From the NCBI GenBank assembly GCA_964016885.1, contig OZ024742.1, positions 185,008,001 through 185,072,000 of the forward strand: a DNA stretch of 64,000 bases, given 5' to 3'. Shown piece after piece: positions 26,001-39,500 of this stretch (its first letter is position 1; every line of letters starts with the position of its first letter). Source of the DNA: Eledone cirrhosa. Taxonomy: Eukaryota. Both the position numbers and the translations under genes were made by a program. The notes below the pieces were generated by a model. It saw only the letters and a program-made list of their open reading frames with translations, searched no databases and was not told where the DNA came from.

Positions 26001-29000
26001 GTTGAGTTAAGTTGGGGTTAAGTTAAGTTGGAGTTAAGTTAAGTCGGGGTTAAGTTAAGTTGGGGTTAAGTTAAGTTGGGGTTAAGTTAAGTTGGGGTTA
26101 AGTTAAGTTGGGGTTAAGTTAAGTTGGGGTTAAGATAAGTTGGGGTTAAGTTAAGTTGGGGTTGAGTTAAGTTGGGGTTGAGTTAATTTGGGGTTAAGTT
26201 AAGTTGGGGTTAACTTAAGTTGGGGTTCAGTTAAGTTGGCGTTCAGTTAAGTTGCGGTGAAGTTAAGTTGGGGTTAACTTAAGTCGGGGTTAAGTTAAGT
26301 TGGGGTTAAGTTAAGTTGGGGTCAAGTTAAGTTGGGGTTAAGTTAAGTTGGGGCTATGTTAAGTTGGGGTTAAGTTAAGTTGGGGTTAAGTTAAGTCGGG
26401 GTTAAGTTAAGTTGGGGTTAAGTTAAGTTGGGGATAAGTTAAGTTGGGGTCAAGTTAAGTTGGGGTTAAGTTAAGTTGGGGTTAAGTTAAGTCGCGGTTA
26501 AGTTAAGTTGGGGTTAAGTTAAGATGGGGTTAAGTTAAGTTGGGGTTAAGTTAAGTTGGGGTTAAGATAAGTTGGGGTTAAGTTAAGTTGGGGTTGAGTT
26601 AAGTTGGGGTTGAGTTAATTGGGGTTAAGTTAAGTTGGGGTTAACTTAAGTTGGGTTTAAGTTAAGTTGGGGTTAAGTTAAGTTGGGGTTAAATTAAGTT
26701 GGGGTTAAGATAAGTTGGGGTTAAGTTAAGTCGGGGTTAAGTTAAGTCGGGGTTAAGTTAAGTTGGGGTTAAGTTAACTTGGTGTTAAGTTAAGTTGGGG
26801 CTCAGTTAAGTTGGGGTTGAGTTAAGTTGGGGTCAATTTAAGTTGGGACTAAGCTAAGTTGGGGTTAAGTTAAGTTGGGGTTAAGTTAAGTTGGCGCTAA
26901 GTTTAGTGAAGGTTAAGTTAAGTTGGGGTTGAGTTAAGTTGGGGTTAAGTTAAGTTGGGGTTAAGTTAAGTTAGGGTTAAGTTAAGCTTGGGTTAAGTTA
27001 AGTTGGGGTTGAGTTAATTTGGGGTTGAGTTAAGTTGGGGTTGAGTTAAGTTGGGGTTGCGTTAAGTTGGGGTTAAGTTAAGTTGGGGTTAACTTAAGTT
27101 GGTGTTAAGTTAAGTTGGGGTCAATTTAAGTTGAGGTTAAGTTAACTTGGGATTAAGTTAAGTTGGGGTTAACTTAAATTGAGGTTAAGATAAGTTGGGG
27201 TTAAGTTAAGTTGGGGGTAAGTTAAGTTGGGGGTAAGTTAAGTTTGGGTTAAGTTGGGGTTAAGTTAAGTTAGGGTTAAGTTACGTTGGGGTTGAGTTAA
27301 GTTGGGGTTAATTTAAATTGGGGTTAAGTTAACTTTGTGGTTCAGTTAAGTTGGGGTTAAGTTAAGTTGGGGCTTATTTAAGTTGGGGTTAAGTTAAGTT
27401 GTGGTTAAGTTAAGTTGGGGTTAAGTTAAGTTGGGGTTAAGTTAAGTTGGGGTTAAGTTAAGTTGGGGTTAAATTAAGCTGGGTTGAAGTTAAGTTGGGG
27501 TTAAGTTAAGTTGGGGTTAAGTTAAGTTGGGGTTAAGTTAAGTTGGGGTTAAGTTAAGTCGGGGTTAAGTTAATTTGGGGTTCAGTTAAGTTGGGGTTAA
27601 GTTAAGTTGGGGCTTATTTAAGTTGGGGTTAAGTTAAGTTGTGGTTAAGTTAAGTTGGGGTTAAGTTAAGTCGGGGTTAAGTTAAGTCGGGGTTAAGTTA
27701 TAATGTGGTTAAGTTAAGTTGGGGTTAAGTTAAGTTGGGGTTAAGTTAAGTTAGGGATAAGCTAAGTTGGCGTTAAGTTAAGTTGGGGTTAAGTTAAGTT
27801 GGGGTTAAGTTAAGTTGAGGTTAAGTTAAGTTGGGGTTAAATTCAGTTGGGGTTAACTTAAGTTGTGGTAAAGTTAAGTTGGGGTTAAGTTAAGTTGGGG
27901 TTAAGTTAAGTTGGGGTTCAGTTAAGTTGGGGTTAAGTTAAGTAGGGGTTCAGTTGGGGTTAAATTAAGTTGGGGTTAAGTTAAGTTGGGGTTAAGTTAA
28001 GTTGGGGTTAAGTTAAGTTGGGGTTAACTTAAGTTGGGGCTAAGTTAAGTTGGGGTTGAGTTAAGTTGGGGTTAAGTTAAGTCGGGGTTAAGTTAAGTTG
28101 GGGTTAAGTTAAGTTGGGGTTAAGTTAAGTTGGGGTTAAGTTAAGTTGGGGTTGAGTTAAGTTGGGGTTAAGTTAAGTTGGGTTTAAGTTAAGTTGGGGT
28201 TAAGTTAAGTTGGGGTTAAGTTAAGGTGGGGTTAAGTTAAGTTGGGGTTAAGTTAAGTCGGGGTTAAGTTAAGTTGGGGTTAAGTTAAGTTGGGGTTAAG
28301 TTAAGTTGGGGTTAAGTTAAGTTCGGGTTAAGATAAGTTGGGGTTAAGTTAAGTTGGGGTTGAGTTAAGTTGGGGTTGAGTTAATTTGGGGTTAAGTTAA
28401 GTTGAGGTTAACTTAAGTTGGGGTTAAGTTAAGTTGGCGTTCAGTTAAGTTGCGGTTAAGTTAAGTTGGGGTTAACTTAAGTCGGGTTTAAGTTAAGTTG
28501 GGGTTAAGTTAAGTTGGGGTCAAGTTAAGTTGGGGTTAAGTTAAGTTGGGGTTAAGTTAAGTTGGGGTTAAGTTAAGTCGGGGTTAAGTTAAGTTGGGGT
28601 TAAGTTAAGTTGGGGTTAAGTTAAGTTGGGGTCAAGTTAAGTTGGGGTTAAGTTAAGTTGGGGTTAAGTTAAGTTGGGGTTAAGTTAAGTCGCGGTTAAG
28701 TTAAGTTGGGGTTAAGTTAAGATGGGGTTAAGTTAAGTTGTGGTTAAGTTAAGTTGGGGTTAAGATAAGTTGGGGTTAAGTTAAGTTGCGGTTGAGTTAA
28801 GTTGGGGTTGAGTTAATTGGGGTTAAGTTAAGTTGGGGTTAACTTAAGTTGGGTTTAAGTTAAGTTGGGGTTAAGTTAAGTTGGGGTTAAATTAAGTTGG
28901 GGTTATGATAAGTTGGGGTTAAGTTAAGTCGGGGTTAAGTTATGTCGGGGTTAAGTTAAGTTAGGGTTAAGTTAACTTGGTGTTAAGTTAAGTTGGGGTT

Positions 29001-32000
29001 CAGTTAAGTTGGGGTTGAGTTAAGTTGGGGGTCAAGTTAAGTTGGGGTTAAGCTAAGTTGGGGTTAAGTTAAGTTGGGGTTAAGTTAAGTTGGGGTTAAT
29101 TTAAGTTTTGGTTAAGTTAAGTTGGGGTTAACTTAAGTTGGGGTTAAGTTAAGTTGGCGTTCAGTTAAGTTGCGGTTAAGTTAAGTTGGGGTTAACTTAA
29201 GTCGGGGTTAAGTTAAGTTGGGGTTAAGTTAAGTTGGGGTCAAGTTAAGTTGGGGTTAAGTTAAGTTTAGGTTAACTTAAGTTGGGGTTAAGTTAAGTTG
29301 GGGTTAAGTTAAGTTGGGGCTAAGTTAAGTTGGGGCTAAGTTAAGTTGGGGCTAAGTTAAGTTGGGGTTAAGTTAAGGTGGGGTTTAGTTAAGTTGGGGT
29401 TGAGTTAAGTTGGGGTTAAATTAAGCTGGGTTGAAGTTAAGTTGGGGTTAAGTTAAGTTGGGGTTAAGTTAAGTTGGGGTTAAGTTAAGTTGGGGTTAAG
29501 TTAAGTCGGGGTTAAGTTAATTTGGGGTTCAGTTAAGTTGGGGTTAAGTTAAGTTGGGGCTTATTTAAGTTGGGGTTAAGTTAAGTTGTGGTTAAGTTAA
29601 GTTGGGGTTAAGTTAAGTCGGGGTTAAGTTAAGTCGGGGTTAAGTTAAGTTGTGGTTAAGTTAAGTTGGGGTTAAGTTAAGTTGGGGTTAAGTTAAGTTA
29701 GGGATAAGCTAAGTTGGCGTTAAGTTAAGTTGGGGTTAAGTTAAGTTGGGGTTAAGTTAAGTTGTGGTTAAGTTAAGTTGGGGCTGAGTTAAGTTGGGGT
29801 CAAGTTAAGTTGGGGTTGAGTTAAGTTGGGGTTAAGTTAACTTGGGGTTAATTTAAGTTGGGGTTAAGTCAAATTGGGTTTGAGTTAAGTTAGGGTTAAG
29901 TTAAGTTGGGGTTAAGTTAAGTTGGGGTTAAGTTAAGTTGGGGTTAAGTTAAGTTGGGGTCAACTTAAGTTGGGGCTAAGTTAAGTTGGGGTTAAGTTAA
30001 GTTGGGGCTAAGTTAAGTTGGAGTTAAGTTAAGTTGGGGTTAAATTAAGTTGGGGTCAACTTAAGTTGGGGTTAAGTTAAGTTGGGGTTAAGTTAATTTG
30101 GGGGTAAGTTAAGTTGGGGTTAAGTTAAGTTGGGGTTAAGTTAAGTTGGGGTTAAGTTAAGTTGGGGCTGAGTTAAATTGGGGCTGTGTTAAGTTGGGGT
30201 TAAGTTAAGTTGGGGTTAAGTTAAGTTGGGGTTAAGTTAAGTTGGGGTTAAGTTGGGGTTAAATTAAGTTGGGGTTAATTTAAGTTGGGGTTAAGTTAAG
30301 TTGGGTTTAGGTTAAGTTGGGGTTGAGTTAAGTTGGGGTTAAGTTAAGTTGGGGTTAATTTAAGTTGGGGTTAAGTTAAGTTGGGGCTGAGTTAAGTTGG
30401 GGTTAAGTTAAGTTGGGGTTGAGTTAAGTTGGGGTTAAGTTAAGTTGGAGTTAAGTTAAGTCGGGGTTAAGTTAAGTTGGGGTTAAGTTAAGTTGGGGTT
30501 AAGTTAAGTTGGGGTTAAGTTAAGTTGGGGTTAAGTTAAGTTGGGGTTAAGATAAGTTGGGGTTAAGTTAAGTTGGGGTTGAGTTAAGTTGGGGTTGAGT
30601 TAATTTGGGGTTAAGTTAAGTTGGGGTTAACTTAAGTTGGGGTTCAGTTAAGTTGGCGTTCAGTTAAGTTGCGGTGAAGTTAAGTTGGGGTTAACTTAAG
30701 TCGGGGTTAAGTTAAGTTGGGGTTAAGTTAAGTTGGGGTCAAGTTACGTTGGGGTTAAGTTAAGTTGGGGTTATGTTAAGTTGGGGTTAAGTTAAGTTGG
30801 GGTTAAGTTAAGTCGGGGTTAAGTTAAGTTGGGGTTAAGTTAAGTTGGGGATAAGTTAAGTTGGGGTCAAGTTAAGTTGGGGTTAAGTTAAGTTGGAGTT
30901 AAGTTAAGTCCCGGTTAAGTTAAGTTGGGGTTAAGTTAAGATGGGGTTAAGTTAAGTTGGGGTTAAGTTAAGTTGGGGTTGAGTTAAGTTGGGGTTGAGT
31001 TAATTGGGGTTAAGTTAAGTTGGGGTTAACTTAAGTTGGGTTTAAGTTAAGTTGGGGTTAAGTTAAGTTGGGGTTAAATTAAGTTGGGGTTAAGATAAGT
31101 TGGGGTTAAGTTAAGTCGGGGTTAAGTTAAGTCGGGGTTAAGTTAAGTTGGGGTTAAGTTAACTTGGTGTTAAGTTAAGTTGGGGCTCAGTTAAGTTGGG
31201 GTTGAGTTAAGTTGGGGTCAATTTAAGTTGGGACTAAGCTAAGTTGGGGTTAAGTTAAGTTGGGGTTAAGTTAAGTTGGCGCTAAGTTTAGTGAAGGTTA
31301 AGTTAAGTTGGGGTTGAGTTAAGTTGGGGTTAAGTTAAGTTGGGGTTAAGTTAAGTTAGGGTTAAGTTAAGCTTGGGTTAAGTTAAGTTGGGGTTGAGTT
31401 AATTTGGGGTTGAGTTAAGTTGGGGTTGAGTTAAGTTGGGGTTGAGTTAAGTTGGGGTTAAGTTAAGTTGGGGTTAACTTAAGTTGGTGTTAAGTTAAGT
31501 TGGGGTCAATTTAAGTTGAGGTTAAGTTAACTTGGGATCAAGTTAAGTTGGGGTTAACTTAAATTGAGGTTAAGATAAGTTGGGGTTAAGTTAAGTTGGG
31601 GGTAAGTTAAGTTGGGGGTAAGTTAAGTTTGGGTTAAGTTGGGGTTAAGTTAAGTTAGGGTTAAGTTACGTTGGGGTTGAGTTAAGTTGGGGTTAATTTA
31701 AATTGGGGTTAAGTTAACTTTGTGGTTCAGTTAAGTTGGGGTTAAGTTAAGTTGGGGCTTATTTAAGTTGGGGTTAAGTTAAGTTGTGGTTAAGTTAAGT
31801 TGGGGTTAAGTTAAGTTGGGGTTAAGTTAAGTTGGGGTTAAGTTAAGTTGGGGTTAAATTAAGCTGGGTTGAAGTTAAGTTGGGGTTAAGTTAAGTTGGG
31901 GTTAAGTTAAGTTGGGGTTAAGTTAAGTTGGGGTTAAGTTAAGTCGGGGTTAAGTTAATTTGGGGTTCAGTTAAGTTGGGGTTAAGTTAAGTTGGGGCTT

Positions 32001-35000
32001 ATTTAAGTTGGGGTTAAGTTAAGTTGTGGTTAAGTTAAGTTGGGGTTAAGTTAAGTCGGGGTTAAGTTAAGTCGGGGTTAAGTTAAGTTGTGGTTAAGTT
32101 AAGTTGGGGTTAAGTTAAGTTGGGGTTAAGTTAAGTTAGGGATAAGCTAAGTTGGCGTTAAGTTAAGTTGGGGTTAAGTTAAGTTGGGGTTAAGTTAAGT
32201 TGTGGTTAAGTTAAGTTGGGGCTGAGTTAAGTTGGGGTCAAGTTAAGTTGGGGTTGAGTTAAGTTGGGGTTAAGTTAACTTGGGGTTAATTTAAGTTGGG
32301 GTTAAGTCAAATTGGGTTTGAGTTAAGTTAGGGTTAAGTTAAGTTGGGGTTAAGTTAAGTTGGGGTTAAGTTAAGTTGGGGTTAAATTAAGCTGGGTTTA
32401 AGTTAAGTTGGGGTTAAGTTAAGTTGGGGTTAAGTTAAGTTGGGGTTAAGTTAAGTTGAGGTTAAGTTAAGTTGGGGTTAAATTCAGTTGGGGTTAAGTT
32501 AAGTTGGGGTTAAGTTAATTTGGGGATAAGTTAAGTTGAGTTTAAGTTAAGTTGGAGTTGATTTAAGTTGAGGTTAAGTTAAGTTGTGGTAAAGTTAAGT
32601 TGGGGTTAAGTTAAGTTGGGGTTAAGTTAAGTTGGGGTTCAGTTAAGTTGGGGTTAAGTTAAGTAGGGGTTCAGTTGGGGTTAAATTAAGTTGGGGTTAA
32701 GTTAAGTTGGGGTTAAGTTAAGTTGGGGTTAAGTTAAGTTGGGGTTAAGTTAAGTTGGGGTTGAGTTAAGTTGGGGTTAAGTTAAGTCGGGGTTAAGTTA
32801 AGTTGGGGTTAAGTTAAGTTGGGGTTAAGTTAAGTTGGGGTTAAGTTAAGTTGGGGTTGAGTTAAGTTGGGGTTAAGTTAAGTTGGGTTTAAGTTAAGTT
32901 GGGGTTAAGTTAAGTTGGGGTTAAGTTAAGGTGGGGTTAAGTTAAGTTGGGGTTAAGTTAAGTCGGGGTTAAGTTAAGTTGGGGTGAAGTTAAGTTGGGG
33001 TTAAGTTAAGTTGGGGTTAAGTTAAGTTCGGGTTAAGATAAGTTGGGGTTAAGTTAAGTTGGGGTTGAGTTAAGTTCGGGTTGAGTTAATTTGGGGTTAA
33101 GTTAAGTTGGGGTTAACTTAAGTTGGGGTTAAGTTAAGTTGGCGTTCAGTTAAGTTGCGGTTAAGTTAAGTTGGGGTTAACTTAAGTCGGGTTTAAGTTA
33201 AGTTGGGGTTAAGTTAAGTTGGGGTCAAGTTAAGTTGGGGTTAAGTTAAGTTGGGGTTAAGTTAAGTTGGGGTTAAGTTAAGTTGGGGTTAAGTTAAGTT
33301 GGGGTTAAGTTAAGTTGGGGTCAAGTTAAGTTGGGGTTAAGTTAAGTTGGGGTTAAGTTAAGTTGGGGTTAAGTTAAGTCGCGGTTAAGTTAAGTTGGGG
33401 TTAAGTTAAGATGGGGTTAAGTTAAGTTGTGGTTAAGTTAAGTTGGGGTTAAGATAAGTTGGGGTTAAGTTAAGTTGCGGTTGAGTTAAGTTGGGGTTGA
33501 GTTAATTGGGGTTAAGTTAAGTTGGGGTTAACTTAAGTTGGGTTTAAGTTAAGTTGGGGTTAAGTTAAGTTGGGGTTAAATTAAGTTGGGGTTATGATAA
33601 GTTGGGGTTAAGTTAAGTCGGGGTTAAGTTATGTCGGGGTTAAGTTAAGTTGGGGTTAAGTTAACTTGGTGTTAAGTTAAGTTGGGGTTCAGTTAAGTTG
33701 GGGTTGAGTTAAGTTGGGGGTCAAGTTAAGTTGGGGTTAAGCTAAGTTGGGGTTAAGTTAAGTTGGGGTTAAGTTAAGTTGGGGTTAATTTAAGTTTTGG
33801 TTAAGTTAAGTTGGGGCTGAGTTAAGTTGGGGTCAAGTTAAGTTGGGGTTGAGTTAAGAAGGGGTTAAGTTAACTTGGGGTTAAGTTAACTTGGGGTTAA
33901 GTTAAGTTGGGGTTAAGTTAAGTTGGGGTTAAGTTAAGTTGGGGTTAAGATAAGTTGGGGTTAAGTTAAGTTGGGGTTGAGTTAAGTTGGGGTTGAGTTA
34001 ATTTGGGGTTAAGTTAAGTTGGGGTTAACTTAAGTTGGGGTTCAGTTAAGTTGGCGTTCAGTTAAGTTGCGGTGAAGTTAAGTTGGGGTTAACTTAAGTC
34101 GGGGTTAAGTTAAGTTGGGGTTAAGTTAAGTTGGGGTCAAGTTAAGTTGGGGTTAAGTTAAGTTGGGGTTATGTTAAGTTGGGGTTAAGTTAAGTTGGGG
34201 TTAAGTTAAGTTGGGGTCAACTTAAGTTGGGGCTAAGTTAAGTTGGGGTTAAGTTAAGTTGGGGCTAAGTTAAGTTGGAGTTAAGTTAAGTTGGGGTTAA
34301 ATTAAGTTGGGGTCAACTTAAGTTGGGGTTAAGTTAAGTTGGGGTTAAGTTAATTTGGGGGTAAGTTAAGTTGGGGTTAAGTTAAGTTGGGGTTAAGTTA
34401 AGTTGGGGTTAAGTTAAGTTGGGGCTGAGTTAAATTGGGGCTGTGTTAAGTTGGGGTTAAGTTAAGTTGGGGTTAAGTTAAGTTGGGGTTAAGTTAAGTT
34501 GGGGTTAAGTTGGGGTTAAATTAAGTTGGGGTTAATTTAAGTTGGGGTTAAGTTAAGTTGGGTTTAGGTTAAGTTGGGGTTGAGTTAAGTTGGGGTTAAG
34601 TTAAGTTGGGGTTAATTTAAGTTGGGGTTAAGTTAAGTTGGGGCTGAGTTAAGTTGGGGTTAAGTTAAGTTGGGGTTGAGTTAAGTTGGGGTTAAGTTAA
34701 GTTGGAGTTAAGTTAAGTCGGGGTTAAGTTAAGTTGGGGTTAAGTTAAGTTGGGGTTAAGTTAAGTTGGGGTTAAGTTAAGTTGGGGTTAAGTTAAGTTG
34801 GGGTTAAGATAAGTTGGGGTTAAGTTAAGTTGGGGTTGAGTTAAGTTGGGGTTGAGTTAATTTGGGGTTAAGTTAAGTTGGGGTTAACTTAAGTTGGGGT
34901 TCAGTTAAGTTGGCGTTCAGTTAAGTTGCGGTGAAGTTAAGTTGGGGTTAACTTAAGTCGGGGTTAAGTTAAGTTGGGGTTAAGTTAAGTTGGGGTCAAG

Positions 35001-38000
35001 TTACGTTGGGGTTAAGTTAAGTTGGGGTTATGTTAAGTTGGGGTTAAGTTAAGTTGGGGTTAAGTTAAGTCGGGGTTAAGTTAAGTTGGGGTTAAGTTAA
35101 GTTGGGGATAAGTTAAGTTGGGGTCAAGTTAAGTTGGGGTTAAGTTAAGTTGGAGTTAAGTTAAGTCCCGGTTAAGTTAAGTTGGGGTTAAGTTAAGATG
35201 GGGTTAAGTTAAGTTGGGGTTAAGTTAAGTTGGGGTTGAGTTAAGTTGGGGTTGAGTTAATTGGGGTTAAGTTAAGTTGGGGTTAACTTAAGTTGGGTTT
35301 AAGTTAAGTTGGGGTTAAGTTAAGTTGGGGTTAAATTAAGTTGGGGTTAAGATAAGTTGGGGTTAAGTTAAGTCGGGGTTAAGTTAAGTCGGGGTTAAGT
35401 TAAGTTGGGGTTAAGTTAACTTGGTGTTAAGTTAAGTTGGGGCTCAGTTAAGTTGGGGTTGAGTTAAGTTGGGGTCAATTTAAGTTGGGACTAAGCTAAG
35501 TTGGGGTTAAGTTAAGTTGGGGTTAAGTTAAGTTGGCGCTAAGTTTAGTGAAGGTTAAGTTAAGTTGGGGTTGAGTTAAGTTGGGGTTAAGTTAAGTTGG
35601 GGTTAAGTTAAGTTAGGGTTAAGTTAAGCTTGGGTTAAGTTAAGTTGGGGTTGAGTTAATTTGGGGTTGAGTTAAGTTGGGGTTGAGTTAAGTTGGGGTT
35701 GAGTTAAGTTGGGGTTAAGTTAAGTTGGGGTTAACTTAAGTTGGTGTTAAGTTAAGTTGGGGTCAATTTAAGTTGAGGTTAAGTTAACTTGGGATCAAGT
35801 TAAGTTGGGGTTAACTTAAATTGAGGTTAAGATAAGTTGGGGTTAAGTTAAGTTGGGGGTAAGTTAAGTTGGGGGTAAGTTAAGTTTGGGTTAAGTTGGG
35901 GTTAAGTTAAGTTAGGGTTAAGTTACGTTGGGGTTGAGTTAAGTTGGGGTTAATTTAAATTGGGGTTAAGTTAACTTTGTGGTTCAGTTAAGTTGGGGTT
36001 AAGTTAAGTTGGGGCTTATTTAAGTTGGGGTTAAGTTAAGTTGTGGTTAAGTTAAGTTGGGGTTAAGTTAAGTTGGGGTTAAGTTAAGTTGGGGTTAAGT
36101 TAAGTTGGGGTTAAATTAAGCTGGGTTGAAGTTAAGTTGGGGTTAAGTTAAGTTGGGGTTAAGTTAAGTTGGGGTTAAGTTAAGTTGGGGTTAAGTTAAG
36201 TCGGGGTTAAGTTAATTTGGGGTTCAGTTAAGTTGGGGTTAAGTTAAGTTGGGGCTTATTTAAGTTGGGGTTAAGTTAAGTTGTGGTTAAGTTAAGTTGG
36301 GGTTAAGTTAAGTCGGGGTTAAGTTAAGTCGGGGTTAAGTTAAGTTGTGGTTAAGTTAAGTTGGGGTTAAGTTAAGTTGGGGTTAAGTTAAGTTAGGGAT
36401 AAGCTAAGTTGGCGTTAAGTTAAGTTGGGGTTAAGTTAAGTTGGGGTTAAGTTAAGTTGTGGTTAAGTTAAGTTGGGGCTGAGTTAAGTTGGGGTCAAGT
36501 TAAGTTGGGGTTGAGTTAAGTTGGGGTTAAGTTAACTTGGGGTTAATTTAAGTTGGGGTTAAGTCAAATTGGGTTTGAGTTAAGTTAGGGTTAAGTTAAG
36601 TTGGGGTTAAGTTAAGTTGGGGTTAAGTTAAGTTGGGGTTAAATTAAGCTGGGTTTAAGTTAAGTTGGGGTTAAGTTAAGTTGGGGTTAAGTTAAGTTGG
36701 GGTTAAGTTAAGTTGAGGTTAAGTTAAGTTGGGGTTAAATTCAGTTGGGGTTAAGTTAAGTTGGGGTTAAGTTAATTTGGGGATAAGTTAAGTTGAGTTT
36801 AAGTTAAGTTGGAGTTGATTTAAGTTGAGGTTAAGTTAAGTTGTGGTAAAGTTAAGTTGGGGTTAAGTTAAGTTGGGGTTAAGTTAAGTTGGGGTTCAGT
36901 TAAGTTGGGGTTAAGTTAAGTAGGGGTTCAGTTGGGGTTAAATTAAGTTGGGGTTAAGTTAAGTTGGGGTTAAGTTAAGTTGGGGTTAAGTTAAGTTGGG
37001 GTTAAGTTAAGTTGGGGTTGAGTTAAGTTGGGGTTAAGTTAAGTCGGGGTTAAGTTAAGTTGGGGTTAAGTTAAGTTGGGGTTAAGTTAAGTTGGGGTTA
37101 AGTTAAGTTGGGGTTGAGTTAAGTTGGGGTTAAGTTAAGTTGGGTTTAAGTTAAGTTGGGGTTAAGTTAAGTTGGGGTTAAGTTAAGGTGGGGTTAAGTT
37201 AAGTTGGGGTTAAGTTAAGTCGGGGTTAAGTTAAGTTGGGGTGAAGTTAAGTTGGGGTTAAGTTAAGTTGGGGTTAAGTTAAGTTCGGGTTAAGATAAGT
37301 TGGGGTTAAGTTAAGTTGGGGTTGAGTTAAGTTCGGGTTGAGTTAATTTGGGGTTAAGTTAAGTTGGGGTTAACTTAAGTTGGGGTTAAGTTAAGTTGGC
37401 GTTCAGTTAAGTTGCGGTTAAGTTAAGTTGGGGTTAACTTAAGTCGGGTTTAAGTTAAGTTGGGGTTAAGTTAAGTTGGGGTCAAGTTAAGTTGGGGTTA
37501 AGTTAAGTTGGGGTTAAGTTAAGTTGGGGTTAAGTTAAGTTGGGGTTAAGTTAAGTTGGGGTTAAGTTAAGTTGGGGTCAAGTTAAGTTGGGGTTAAGTT
37601 AAGTTGGGGTTAAGTTAAGTTGGGGTTAAGTTAAGTCGCGGTTAAGTTAAGTTGGGGTTAAGTTAAGATGGGGTTAAGTTAAGTTGTGGTTAAGTTAAGT
37701 TGGGGTTAAGATAAGTTGGGGTTAAGTTAAGTTGCGGTTGAGTTAAGTTGGGGTTGAGTTAATTGGGGTTAAGTTAAGTTGGGGTTAACTTAAGTTGGGT
37801 TTAAGTTAAGTTGGGGTTAAGTTAAGTTGGGGTTAAATTAAGTTGGGGTTATGATAAGTTGGGGTTAAGTTAAGTCGGGGTTAAGTTATGTCGGGGTTAA
37901 GTTAAGTTGGGGTTAAGTTAACTTGGTGTTAAGTTAAGTTGGGGTTCAGTTAAGTTGGGGTTGAGTTAAGTTGGGGGTCAAGTTAAGTTGGGGTTAAGCT

Positions 38001-38429
38001 AAGTTGGGGTTAAGTTAAGTTGGGGTTAAGTTAAGTTGGGGTTAATTTAAGTTTTGGTTAAGTTAAGTTGGGGCTGAGTTAAGTTGGGGTCAAGTTAAGT
38101 TGGGGTTGAGTTAAGAAGGGGTTAAGTTAACTTGGGGTTAAGTTAACTTGGGGTTAAGTTAAGTTGGGGTTAAGTTAAGTTGGGGTTAAGTTAAGTTGGG
38201 GTTAAGATAAGTTGGGGTTAAGTTAAGTTGGGGTTGAGTTAAGTTGGGGTTGAGTTAATTTGGGGTTAAGTTAAGTTGGGGTTAACTTAAGTTGGGGTTC
38301 AGTTAAGTTGGCGTTCAGTTAAGTTGCGGTGAAGTTAAGTTGGGGTTAACTTAAGTCGGGGTTAAGTTAAGTTGGGGTTAAGTTAAGTTGGGGTCAAGTT
38401 AAGTTGGGGTTAAGTTAAGTTGGGGTTAT
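20030..38429 (+). repeat. Run of four ~4.3-kb higher-order repeat units
   Basis: Marker ggggctgtg (C position) at 21430, 25767, 30184 and 34441, giving spacings of 4,337, 4,417 and 4,257. Each is followed by largely the same order of variant blocks. Confidence 0.8.
29916..38429 (+). repeat. Apparently exact tandem duplication, 2 x 4,257 bp (29916-34172, 34173-38429)
   Basis: Variants seen only in these two copies, tcccgg (30910/35167) and gggatca (31539/35796), plus gggctgtg (30184/34441), all at offset 4,257. Flanking mismatches are A29915/T34172 and T34212/C38469. Confidence 0.93.
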
Positions 38430-39500
38430 GTTAAGTTGGGGTTAAGTTAAGTTGGGGTTAAGTTAAGTCGGGGTTAAGTTAAGTTGGGGTTAAGTTAAGT
38501 TGGGGTTAAGTTAAGTTGGGGTCAAGTTAAGTTGGGGTTAAGTTAAGTTGGGGTTAAGTTAAGTCGCGGTTAAGTTAAGTTGGGGTTAAGTTAAGATGGG
38601 GTTAAGTTAAGTTGGGGTTAAGTTAAGTTGGGGTTAAGATAAGTTGGGGTTAATTTAAGTTGGGGTTGAGTTAAGTTGGGGTTGAGTTAATTGGGGTTAA
38701 GTTAAGTTGGGGTTAACTTAAGTTGGGTTTAAGTTAAGTTGGGGTTAAGTTAAGTTGGGGTTAAATTAAGTTGGGGTTAAGATAAGTTGGGGTTAAGTTA
38801 AGTCGGTGTTAAGTTAAGTCGGGGTTAAGTTAAGTTCGGGTTAAGTTAACTTGCTGTTAAGTTAAGTTGGGGCTCAGTTAAGTTGGGGTTGAGTTAAGTT
38901 GGGGTCAAGTTAAGTTGGGACTAAGCTAAGTTGGGGTTAAGTTAAGTTGGGGTTAAGTTAAGTTGGCGCTAAGTTAAGTGAAGGTTAAGTTAAGTTGGGG
39001 TTGAGTTAAGTTGGGGTTAAGTTAAGTTGGGGTTGAGTTAAGTTGGGGTTGAGTTAAGTTGGGGTTGAGTTAAGTTGGGGTTACGTTAAGTTGGGGTTAA
39101 GTTAAGTTGGGGTTAAGTTAAGTTTAGGTTAACTTAAGTTGGGGTTAAGTTAAGTTGGGGTTAAGTTAAGTTGGGGCTAAGTTAAGTTGGGGCTTATTTA
39201 AGTTGGGGTTAAGTTAAGTTGTGGTTAAGTTAAGTTGGGGTTAAGTTAAGTTGGGGTTAAGTTAAGTTGGGGTTAAGTTAAGTTGGGGTTAAATTAAGCT
39301 GGGTTGAAGTTAAGTTGGGGTTAAGTTAAGTTGGGGTTAAGTTAAGTTGGGGTTAAGTTAAGTTGGGGTTAAGTTAAGTCGGGGTTAAGTTAATTTGGGG
39401 TTCAGTTAAGTTGGGGTTAAGTTAAGTTGGGGCTTATTTAAGTTGGGGTTAAGTTAAGTTGTGGTTAAGTTAAGTTGGGGTTAAGTTAAGTCGGGGTTAA

